Assembly (NCBI GenBank): GCA_963840035.1
Contig: CAWIXE010000002.1
Coordinates: 992,099 to 1,056,098 of the forward strand
Direction: 5' to 3'
Source: a candidate division FCPU426 bacterium
GTDB taxonomy: Bacteria; Oederibacteriota; PGYV01; Palsa-1178
Length of the DNA: 64,000 nt
The first letter of the stretch is position 1, and every line of letters starts with the position of its first letter. Of the stretch, positions 27,150-35,395 are shown one piece after another. The notes below the pieces were generated by a model. The model saw only the letters and a program-made list of their open reading frames with translations, was not told where the DNA came from and ran no database searches. The translations under genes and the position numbers were made by a program.

Positions 27150-28025
27150 TTACTGCTGACCCGCCTCGACTTCGTTTATCTGCTTGAGGTCAATTATCAT
27201 CCCGCTTCCATTGCCCGACATGATTTTCGGAAGTTTCCCGTCCCATTTGTCTATCCACATTTTTTTAAGCATTATCCCTGAAAGGGTTGTTTTCTGCATT
27301 CTCTGCGCTTCAGCATCGCCGCGCGCCTGGTTGATTTTCGCCTGAGCTTCAGCCTCAGCCTGCTTTGCCACATAAATGGCTTTCTTTGCGTTTTGCTCAG
27401 CCACCTGTTTTTCCTCGATAGCCCTGTTAAATTCGTCGCCGAAAGTGAAATTCACAAGGCTCACATCAATTACAATTATCCCGTACTTTTCCATCCTGAG
27501 CTTAAAATTATTGTCTATTTCCAGTTTTAAGGATTCCCTTTCGGTTAATATGGACTCCGCGTTCTTTTTAGCCGTTGCCGCCTTTACCACTTCATTGACA
27601 GCCGGGTTCATGATATCGCCGAGCACGTCATTCTCGTCGCCGATGGTCTGGTAAATTTTGTTAACCTGCGCCGGGTCCAGCTTCCAGTTGATCGCAACCC
27701 TTGTATGGACGTTCTGCATGTCCTTTGTCGCCGCCTGAGCGTCAACTTCGGACTTTTGTATCTGTACCGTCATTTTCTTTACAGCCGTAAATATGGGGAC
27801 CCTCCAGTGAAAGCCTTCATCATAAACCTTACTCATATCCACCTTACCGAGGTTAACTATAACACCCCTCTCGCCCGGCCCGATAATGACAAACGGGACA
27901 AGCAGGAAAAACACTACTACAACTACAACTCCAGCAATAAGAAACTTTACAACATTGTTTGTTTCCGGCATGTTAAACACCCCTTCTTTATTTTTGGTTA
28001 ATGGAATTTCGACTTTCCGCGCCAT
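27150..28025 (-). CDS. SPFH/band 7 (prohibitin-like) membrane protein
   Basis: N-terminal TM anchor, SPFH core, Ala/Glu/Gln-rich coiled-coil tail 'AEQNAKKAIYVAKQAEAEAQAKINQARGDAEAQR'. Confidence 0.8.
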   Translation of the reverse strand: MARKVEIPLTKNKEGVFNMPETNNVVKFLIAGVVVVVVFFLLVPFVIIGPGERGVIVNLGKVDMSKVYDEGFHWRVPIFTAVKKMTVQIQKSEVDAQAATKDMQNVHTRVAINWKLDPAQVNKIYQTIGDENDVLGDIMNPAVNEVVKAATAKKNAESILTERESLKLEIDNNFKLRMEKYGIIVIDVSLVNFTFGDEFNRAIEEKQVAEQNAKKAIYVAKQAEAEAQAKINQARGDAEAQRMQKTTLSGIMLKKMWIDKWDGKLPKIMSGNGSGMIIDLKQINEVEAGQQ

Positions 28026-28096
28026 TACATTCCCTCCGTCTGAATAAAATCATATTTAAATCTTATCATGTACCGGCCAATAATCAATAATAAACA

Positions 28097-28867
28097 TTAT
28101 TTTTTCACCGCCGTTATCATCCAATCCCAAGGAAAAGGCTCTTTCATCCATTTCGGCGGGGATTCAAACTCCGTATCCCAGCCATATTCCACCTTTTCAA
28201 ATTCAAGGCCGGTAAATCCGTATTTCGGGAGCATCACTTCAAGCTCCTCCTTCAGATAATGTTTTGTTGTGACGTTATCAATGTTTATCAGGCCATGGCA
28301 GACAGAACCTTTTCTTTTATGCGTCGATCTTAATCCGTCTTCTATGGCTTGTTTACGGCTCACGCCGGTGTTTAAGTTCCATTCAAAGAGCCTGCAATTG
28401 ACATAAAGCGACGACTCATGCGAAGGCACAACAAAAACCATACATCCGCCTTTTGCCACGCAGGCGCTGATGTTTTTTAGTATTTTATCCCGTATAACCT
28501 GCGATTCCGCAATAAGCACATTTGTACATATCCCGAACTTTACAGGCCTATTTAACGGCTTCTTTTTAGCCAGGTCTGCCTGTGAAAAATCCACATTTTT
28601 ATATTTAGCGTACTTCTTTATCGCCTTGTCCACCAGCTGTCGCGAAAGGTCCATGGCGTATACATGTTTAAAAGAGGCAGCCAGCAGCGGAATATAAAGC
28701 CCGATACCGCAGCCAAAATCAGCGGCAGCGACACTCTTTGACGCAAATTTGTTTATGCGTTTCCTTATAACCCCGCGCATGTCGCTGTCGAGTGAGCTGA
28801 ATATTTCTTCCTCATAGCTCTTGGCAAGCTTATCCCAGTATTTTTTATCCACTTCCGCCCCTTTCAT
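28097..28867 (-). CDS. class I SAM-dependent methyltransferase
   Basis: Motif I 'AADFGCGIGLY'. Confidence 0.7.
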   Translation of the reverse strand: MKGAEVDKKYWDKLAKSYEEEIFSSLDSDMRGVIRKRINKFASKSVAAADFGCGIGLYIPLLAASFKHVYAMDLSRQLVDKAIKKYAKYKNVDFSQADLAKKKPLNRPVKFGICTNVLIAESQVIRDKILKNISACVAKGGCMVFVVPSHESSLYVNCRLFEWNLNTGVSRKQAIEDGLRSTHKRKGSVCHGLINIDNVTTKHYLKEELEVMLPKYGFTGLEFEKVEYGWDTEFESPPKWMKEPFPWDWMITAVKK

Positions 28868-28948
28868 ATTTATTTTATGGTTTTATTATACCATTGTCAA
28901 ATATACTTGTCTAAAACATTAATGTATAGCCGGGGTTTTATTTTCATG

Positions 28949-28976
28949 TTGAAAAACCGGGCAGATACTATATAAT
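28949..28976 (+). promoter_or_regulatory. sigma70-like promoter TTGAAA-N16-TATAAT
   Basis: -35 at 28949..28954, -10 at 28971..28976, about 40 nt upstream of the ATG at 29017. Confidence 0.4.
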
Positions 28977-29016
28977 TAGAGTATATTATAAACGCTGTCA
29001 AACATACTACCCCGAG

Positions 29017-29412
29017 GTGCTTATGCCGGCAATTGACGACCCTGTTTCAAAGGTTAAGCTGGGATTCACCAGCGTCAATGGCAAAAGACTTTTCCGCGCC
29101 GAACTTAACGATTACAAGGGAGAGAATTTTGACGAGCTGCTAGTTAGGGGCGGCAAATTCATAAGGAATGAACCTCCCGGTTCAGTGCTTTGTCTTTGTG
29201 TCTTTAACGACCATACGCCAATGGTCACCAATAAAAACGACATTTCCGAATATTTGAAGGCCAATAAACCCTACATAAAAGCCTCCGCAGCCTGCGGCTT
29301 TAACAAATTCTTCACACCTATTTACAACGCTATCTTTTCCATATCCGGCAGGCAGGATATCAGGGTTTTCAGCAGTGAAAAAGAAGCCACCGACTGGCTC
29401 TTATCACGGTAA
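29017..29412 (+). CDS. small hypothetical protein, possibly STAS/SpoIIAA-like fold
   Basis: 131 aa; C-terminal '...DIRVFSSEKEATDWL' resembles anti-sigma-antagonist-like endings; own promoter and terminator. Confidence 0.4.
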   Translation: MLMPAIDDPVSKVKLGFTSVNGKRLFRAELNDYKGENFDELLVRGGKFIRNEPPGSVLCLCVFNDHTPMVTNKNDISEYLKANKPYIKASAACGFNKFFTPIYNAIFSISGRQDIRVFSSEKEATDWLLSR

Positions 29413-29420
29413 AATAAAAA

Positions 29421-29447
29421 GGGCGCGGTTTTACCCGCGCCCTTTTT
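29421..29447. terminator. bidirectional Rho-independent terminator
   Basis: 'aaaaagggcgcggttttacccgcgccctttttc': GC stem with A-run upstream and T-run downstream; between convergent genes. Confidence 0.7.
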
Positions 29448-29457
29448 CATTTATACC

Positions 29458-31860
29458 TTAGATCATTTCGAACTTCAAAACAATCTCACCGGATACCGTG
29501 CCAAACCCTGCCTTTTCAAAGATCTTCCTGAGCGTCTCATTATCAGCGCCTTTTCCTTTATAACTTTTTACCGTTACAGACTTAACTTTGCCGTTCTCAA
29601 CCCTGAGCTGTACTTCCAAACCTGTCAGCCCGTTATCCGCAAAGTACTTGTTCAGTTCATTCTTTATCTTCCCAAATACTTCAGTCTCAGCTTCATCCAG
29701 GGTATATCCGGCAGGCACACTGCCGTCGGAAATTGCGAGTGATGAGCCCGCATTTGCTGTTGCCGCATCGTCGGTAGAACTCTTATCCTTCTTCCCCCAC
29801 GAACCAAACCCCAGCTGAAGCTTTGATGACTCTTCTTTTTCTTCAGCCAAATCATACAGCGGTTCAGATGCCGGCGCGTTTGACATCATCTTCATGGCGC
29901 GCGTAGAACTTCCGCCGGAGTATCCTGAGTAATTGGCCGGAGCAGCCGCGGCCTGCAGCTGCGTCCCTACCGCATTATCGCTTACGCCTTCAGGCAGCGG
30001 GAGCGGCTGTTTTACAGTAACCACTTCGCCTGTTTCCCTGACCACTTTATCTACCGCTACAAAAGATGTGTAGGCTGTCATCAGATGGTACTTTAAGCCA
30101 AGCTCTGTCACTTCATCCTTAACATTCGCGCCCACTTTGGAGTAATCATCAAGCCTGGCCACTTTTTCGCGGGCCCAGAGGTACTTAATCGCTTCATTTC
30201 TCGGGTCCTGCTCATATCCGCCCATATTTATTACCTTTTCAAATTTTCCGTTTGCCGACATGCCGGTTACTATTATCCTGCCTGACGCGTGTTTATATTT
30301 GCCCGATATAACCAGAGGCCTCTGCGCGAAAAGGTCCGGGACTGATTCAGGTTCAACGTCATACGCGTCAAAGCCTTCATACTTTACCTTTATGTCCGTC
30401 AATACAGGCGACTTTATGTAACTTATGAACTTATCAGCTGCTGCCTGCGCCTCGTCCTGCCCCGTTACAACGAACGGCTCGCCTTTTCCCATCCTTGCCA
30501 TGCCTTCAATTAAAAACCTGTTCACGGATGTGCCGATGCCGAAAGAGAAAAAGTTTGCGCTGCCCATCTTTTTGGCCATCAGGTCAAAAACTTCCTTTTC
30601 AACCGAGATGTAACCGTCCGTCATCGTAACAATAATGCGCGACATGCCTTCTTTTTTCGCCAGGCCTGAAGCCTTTGTAAAAGCCTCGAGTATTTCAGTG
30701 CCGCCCGAGCCTTCCTGTTTGGTTATCATCTCTATGGCTTTGTTCCTGTTATTGGATGTGGCAGGCATGGGTTTCTCAAAAAGCGTGTTTGACCCGCCGG
30801 CAAAGAACATGATATTGAAGTAGTCCTGTCCGCGCAGGTTTGAAAGTATTTCTTTAATGACTTTCTTGGATATTTCCAGCGGGAACCCGCTCATGGAGCC
30901 TGATACGTCCATAATGAAGAGGTATTCCCTCGGAGGTATCATTGACGCTTCAACCTTTGCCGGAGGCTCTATCATGGTCAGGAAGAAGTTCTCATCCTGC
31001 CCCGGATAAAGAAGCACGCCGGTATTTATGGCATTGCCCCTGAGCGAATACTTAAGGATGAAATCCCTGTTGCCGCCGTTCTCTTCCTTGGGTGATAACG
31101 CGACCTTCACGTTATTGCCGTCTGTAAAGTCGGTAATAATCTTGTGCGACGGCGACCATGCTTTCGCGACCATGATACCCGACTTGATATTCACGTTCAT
31201 GCCGAATGTATACGGCGCAAGCTTGCCTTCGTGCTGATACGGATTAACCGTCCAGTTGTCCTTGCCTTTTAAGTCCTCAGTTGAAGACTCTCCGGTAAAC
31301 CTGGGCCCCACAACCGTCGGAAAAATAAAGCCGTATTCGCCTGCGTCAGGTATGAGCGCTTCGGAATAGTAAACAGTCACTTCTACCTTATCACCGGGCA
31401 TGATGTTCGCCACGTTCATCTGGAAAACATTCGGCCTTTTCTGTTCCAGCAGCGATGCTGTCTTGCCCTGATTCTTTGCCGCTTCGTAAATCTGCCTTGC
31501 CTCTTCAGTTTTGTGGATGTCAGCTTCGATTATTCTGGTCCCTATCTGCATCCTCATGGCGTTAATCGCCGACTTGGTACCCAGAGGAAATACGTAAATC
31601 GCCTCTATGGTTTTCTTCCCGTCATTCTTATAAACCTGTTTGAGTTCGGTCTGAGCCACCATTCCCGCGATGCTCACATTAGCCGTAGTAGAAAGCAAAG
31701 GAAACCCCTCAACATCCCCCGCGCCCTGCACCAGGAAGTAAGGTGAAAGTGACTCCTTATCCTCCTTGGCAAAAAGACTAATCATGCTTAAAGCTAAAAA
31801 CACAACAACAAACAACAACACCTTAACCCTCATCCTTCCCCTTATCCTTAGCTGTTCCAT
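29458..31860 (-). CDS. secreted VIT domain + von Willebrand factor type A domain protein with C-terminal TonB-C-like module
   Basis: Start set at MEQLRIRGRMRVKVLLF (RBS AAGGAGG); vWA MIDAS motif 'FIMDVSGSMSG'; VIT-like N-terminal region. Confidence 0.7.
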   Translation of the reverse strand: MEQLRIRGRMRVKVLLFVVVFLALSMISLFAKEDKESLSPYFLVQGAGDVEGFPLLSTTANVSIAGMVAQTELKQVYKNDGKKTIEAIYVFPLGTKSAINAMRMQIGTRIIEADIHKTEEARQIYEAAKNQGKTASLLEQKRPNVFQMNVANIMPGDKVEVTVYYSEALIPDAGEYGFIFPTVVGPRFTGESSTEDLKGKDNWTVNPYQHEGKLAPYTFGMNVNIKSGIMVAKAWSPSHKIITDFTDGNNVKVALSPKEENGGNRDFILKYSLRGNAINTGVLLYPGQDENFFLTMIEPPAKVEASMIPPREYLFIMDVSGSMSGFPLEISKKVIKEILSNLRGQDYFNIMFFAGGSNTLFEKPMPATSNNRNKAIEMITKQEGSGGTEILEAFTKASGLAKKEGMSRIIVTMTDGYISVEKEVFDLMAKKMGSANFFSFGIGTSVNRFLIEGMARMGKGEPFVVTGQDEAQAAADKFISYIKSPVLTDIKVKYEGFDAYDVEPESVPDLFAQRPLVISGKYKHASGRIIVTGMSANGKFEKVINMGGYEQDPRNEAIKYLWAREKVARLDDYSKVGANVKDEVTELGLKYHLMTAYTSFVAVDKVVRETGEVVTVKQPLPLPEGVSDNAVGTQLQAAAAPANYSGYSGGSSTRAMKMMSNAPASEPLYDLAEEKEESSKLQLGFGSWGKKDKSSTDDAATANAGSSLAISDGSVPAGYTLDEAETEVFGKIKNELNKYFADNGLTGLEVQLRVENGKVKSVTVKSYKGKGADNETLRKIFEKAGFGTVSGEIVLKFEMI

Positions 31861-31972
31861 ATATTTCCTCCTTTTTCCGGGCGTTCGCCCTGTGTTTTGT
31901 GCCTTCACTGAGGAAGACACCAACCCGGGAAAAAGGTTCCATAATAAAACGCATTATTTATAAGGCCATTTG

Positions 31973-31997
31973 TAGGGACAGCGCTCCCGCGCTGTCC
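31973..31997. repeat. GC-rich hairpin, inverted duplicate of hairpin at 32062..32083
   Basis: 'tagggacagcgctcccgcgctgtcc', palindromic stem 'ggacagcgc'/'gcgctgtcc'. Confidence 0.7.
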
Positions 31998-32045
31998 GCG
32001 CGGGGATTATGTTATGATTTTTAAACGTGGCTATAAATTCAGGTG

Positions 32046-32083
32046 AAAAAAAAACGCCGGCGGACAGCGCGGGAGCGCTGTCC
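32046..32083 (-). terminator. Rho-independent terminator immediately after 32084..32602 gene
   Basis: Minus strand reads 'ggacagcgctcccgcgctgtcc' followed by 'gccggcg' and U9. Confidence 0.65.
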
Positions 32084-32602
32084 CTACTCTGCGTACACCC
32101 ATTCAAAATCTCTTATTTTACTATTCCAATAAGCAATCGCGCTGTCAGCGTGAAACCGTTTAAACATGATTACCGGCGTTTTAAAAGTCCGGCCCTGCCA
32201 TGTCCCGGTGAAACTTTCCAGGCTGAGGTTATCCGGTAAGGATTTATACTTTCCCAGGAAATATTTCCTGTAATTGGAGCCTTCGCTGATCAAAGCGATA
32301 GCCTGAGCGGAAAAATTCACAACAACCCCGTTTTCCACCACATCCGACCTGACAATAAAGGCATAATCCTTTATGCCGTCAGAGTTAAAATCCGTGTTTA
32401 CATATCCCGGGCTTTTTAGTGTTATCTTGTGTTTCTTTAAAAAGGTTAAAAAATCATCGCTTAAATCCTTTACAGTCATTGTCCTTGCGTCAGGGCCGAA
32501 TGACATGAGCACGCTTTCAAAATTAAGGCCTTCAATTGGCCAGATCTGTGAAAAACAGAAAACAGGAAGTAATATTAAAACAAGTACAAAGATTTTTTTC
32601 AT
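32084..32602 (-). CDS. secreted hypothetical protein
   Basis: 172 aa, signal peptide MKKIFVLVLILLPVFCFSQ; no recognised motif. Confidence 0.5.
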   Translation of the reverse strand: MKKIFVLVLILLPVFCFSQIWPIEGLNFESVLMSFGPDARTMTVKDLSDDFLTFLKKHKITLKSPGYVNTDFNSDGIKDYAFIVRSDVVENGVVVNFSAQAIALISEGSNYRKYFLGKYKSLPDNLSLESFTGTWQGRTFKTPVIMFKRFHADSAIAYWNSKIRDFEWVYAE

Positions 32603-32624
32603 ACCCGCCCCTTTTAAGTCCCAC

Positions 32625-32652
32625 GTAGAGATGGGGTTAACCTCATCTCTAC
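32625..32652. repeat. GTAGAGA...TCTCTAC hairpin (12-bp stem, 'ttaa' loop)
   Basis: 'gtagagatggggttaacctcatctctac'; same terminal heptamers as the 64-bp repeat family. Confidence 0.6.
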
Positions 32653-32658
32653 GAAGGC

Positions 32659-33705
32659 TTATTTTCCCTGCGACATTTTCAACACCGCGCCTGTTGCCGC
32701 GTCTATTTCAATTCCCGGAACACTGCCGGCCCATCCTTCGACAGGCTTGCCGTCTATTTTCCACACATTATCTTTGAGCAATACCGCATATGGTTTAAAT
32801 GAATCTAATGTTGCTTTATCAAATCCGGCTTTTATCCAGGCCTTTTCCGCGATCTCAACAGCCTGCACTTTTGTAATTGCAGCTTTTATACTTACCCCTG
32901 CTGTTTTTGTAGCGCCCCACGAATCAAAAGCCGCTTGTGACTCAAAACCGGGAGCCGCCTGTTCAGTTGAAACCCCTTTATAAAAATTCAAAGCTGAATC
33001 CTCAGTTTTGTCATATTCATAATTAGCCTTTAATTCGACACTTTCCGCTTGCGGTTCCATTAACCCTAGCGATTTTTTTGCCTTATATTCAATATTGACG
33101 CCTGCCGGTTCCGCGGGTGCCGCGGGCTGCGCCTGTGCTTTTGGCGCTGACGCCGGCATAGCCCTTTTAGCGCCGCTGACCGCCGCGCCTGTATCCTTTT
33201 TTGCCTTCGCAATATCAAATACCGCTTCTGCCTTGCCTGACCCTTTTGAAAGGCCTATTTCTTCATTTAATTCAGCCAGCTTATTATCCATTGCTTTTTC
33301 CTTCACCTGCGTCTCAGCCTCAAATTTTGCCGCGTCTTTTACGCCTGCCGCTGATTTATACTCGGGGGTATTTGTAATCTGCCTTATGAAAAAAGCTATC
33401 AGTATTACCCCAAACCCGGTTGCAAAGGCCCTGAAATACGGGTTAAAGACAAAACTTGCCTTCTTTTTGTCCGCCGCATTGAGCTTTTGGTCAAGCTTCG
33501 CGTAAAAGTTTTGCGGCAGTTCCAGCTCTTTTGCCTTTGTATTTTTAAGCTCATTGACGGCCTTTCGCGTAAGTTCAAGTTCCAACGGGCAGTCTTTGCA
33601 TGTTTTTAAATGCGCTTCGAAATCAGACAACGCTTTGCCCGTCAGTTTCTTATCTATATACTCTGATATGCTGTTGTGGAATTCTTTATGATTCATCTTC
33701 ATCAC
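32659..33705 (-). CDS. anti-sigma factor, zf-HC2 zinc finger, single TM, periplasmic C-terminal domain
   Basis: 'HLKTCKDCPLELELTRKA' zinc-finger; TM 'FATGFGVILIAFFIRQI'; overlaps sigma gene stop. Confidence 0.7.
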   Translation of the reverse strand: MMKMNHKEFHNSISEYIDKKLTGKALSDFEAHLKTCKDCPLELELTRKAVNELKNTKAKELELPQNFYAKLDQKLNAADKKKASFVFNPYFRAFATGFGVILIAFFIRQITNTPEYKSAAGVKDAAKFEAETQVKEKAMDNKLAELNEEIGLSKGSGKAEAVFDIAKAKKDTGAAVSGAKRAMPASAPKAQAQPAAPAEPAGVNIEYKAKKSLGLMEPQAESVELKANYEYDKTEDSALNFYKGVSTEQAAPGFESQAAFDSWGATKTAGVSIKAAITKVQAVEIAEKAWIKAGFDKATLDSFKPYAVLLKDNVWKIDGKPVEGWAGSVPGIEIDAATGAVLKMSQGK

Positions 33706-34291
33706 CTATTATCGGCGTCAGCTTGATTTTAAGCGCTTCCCTTGCCCTTGCTATCCTTGACTTCACAGTTCCGAGCGCCACTTTTGTTATTTCCGATATT
33801 TCCTCGTAACTTAACTCCTCTATCTCCCGCAGCACAAGCATTTCCCTTGCCTGCTCCGGGAGTTCGTCCACGGCCTTTCGTACTATCTCTTTTCTGTGGA
33901 ATTTCTCAAACTCCTCGTCTGCGCCCGGCTTTTTATCCGGCAGTTCAAGCTTTATCGAGCCTTCTTCGCCTTCTATGACCTCATCGAGCGAATCATGCTT
34001 AAAAAAGAACCTGCGGCTTTCATATCTCACCCTGTTCTTCCAGGCGTTTATGGCTATCCTGTATACCCAGTTCCCGAACGGACAGTCATGCCCGAACCTG
34101 TTTATGGAGTTATAAGCGTTCACAAAAGCGTCCTGGGCAATATCCTCAGCCGCCTCTTTTGAATTAGAGAGCCGGTAACAAAGATTATATACCTTAGCAG
34201 CGCATGACCTAACCAGCGCGTCAAAAGCATTCCTGTCGCCCTTTTTAGCTTTTAAAACAAGCTCTTTTTCTTCTTTAGTTATCTCAGCCAC
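33686..34291 (-). CDS. ECF-type RNA polymerase sigma factor
   Basis: sigma-70 region 2 and region 4 ('LSYEEISEITKVALGTVKSRIARAR'). Confidence 0.85.
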   Translation of the reverse strand: MAEITKEEKELVLKAKKGDRNAFDALVRSCAAKVYNLCYRLSNSKEAAEDIAQDAFVNAYNSINRFGHDCPFGNWVYRIAINAWKNRVRYESRRFFFKHDSLDEVIEGEEGSIKLELPDKKPGADEEFEKFHRKEIVRKAVDELPEQAREMLVLREIEELSYEEISEITKVALGTVKSRIARAREALKIKLTPIIGDEDES

Positions 34292-34363
34292 TTAAACAGA
34301 CACCATTCCTTTATTTTTGTTCCAGGTGTTTAAAAACGCCAATCGACAATAGTCAATCATCAA

Positions 34364-35269
34364 TTATTTGACAACATCGGTCTTACCTATGAGCATATTA
34401 CCCAGAATCCTCAGATAGTCTTTTATCGTTATATAAACCGCGTTATCAGGCATAGGAACCTTGTGCGGAAACGGCCTTGAATATACGTTAACCAGCGTAT
34501 GGTGAAGCACGTGTTCCCTTGTGTCACCATGGGTAAAGAACAGGAATATTTTTTCCATAAACCCCTTGTCGCTTAAATTCCTGGTTTTAATGTTCCTGTT
34601 GTTATAATCCCCCTCAACTATCAGGTTGCCGTGCTCTATCATCTGCGAATGGTGCAGGAAGAAAGAATTGATCCAGATGGAAACCAGGTATGAAACAGCC
34701 ACAGCCCCGGCGCTGACGCCGAATACGAAATGCGCGGCTGTGCCAAGCCCTCCCAAAAACAGGGCTATCATCAGCAGTGTCAGCAGCGATGATGATCTCC
34801 TGTATTTAGCTTTATACTTAGGATGAGCGGGCAGAACAGCCGTTCCCATAAGCGAAATAAACGCTATGCCCAGGAAAATTTCGGCAATGTTATAAATGAT
34901 CTTAACTGCCCTGCTCTTTATCTCGCCGAGCGGGTGGAACTCAGTGTCATCCCATGTATTTACTTGGGAGTGATGAAATCCGTGAAGGATCTTATATATC
35001 TGGGGGTCTGTCAGAAGCATCCAGGAAAGGACATAATACAATTTTTCATTGTCAATATTTGTCACATATTTATGCCAGGTCTCATGCATAAGGTATCCAA
35101 GCCAGGTAAAAAGATATAGCCCGGGGAATATCATATAAGCAACAGACCACCATCCCGCTGCGGCAAAAACATAAGGAAGCGTAAAAAGATAAGCCGGCCA
35201 CGCAAACATGATGAAATAGAACTTCCAGGCCTGAGATTTAATTTCCTGTTCAGATATGTATTCAGCCAT
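34364..35269 (-). CDS. membrane fatty-acid desaturase family protein
   Basis: Histidine boxes 'HETWH', 'HGFHH', 'HHSQMIEH', 'HVLHH'. Confidence 0.75.
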   Translation of the reverse strand: MAEYISEQEIKSQAWKFYFIMFAWPAYLFTLPYVFAAAGWWSVAYMIFPGLYLFTWLGYLMHETWHKYVTNIDNEKLYYVLSWMLLTDPQIYKILHGFHHSQVNTWDDTEFHPLGEIKSRAVKIIYNIAEIFLGIAFISLMGTAVLPAHPKYKAKYRRSSSLLTLLMIALFLGGLGTAAHFVFGVSAGAVAVSYLVSIWINSFFLHHSQMIEHGNLIVEGDYNNRNIKTRNLSDKGFMEKIFLFFTHGDTREHVLHHTLVNVYSRPFPHKVPMPDNAVYITIKDYLRILGNMLIGKTDVVK

Positions 35270-35395
35270 ATAACCCTCCTATATGAGTAGATAACGACAT
35301 AATTATATATAGTAAAAGGTTTTTTTGCAATGTTTTTGAAGCAGGTTATTGACATCAGGACATGGCTTGCCACCCACTACTCACCACCCACTACC

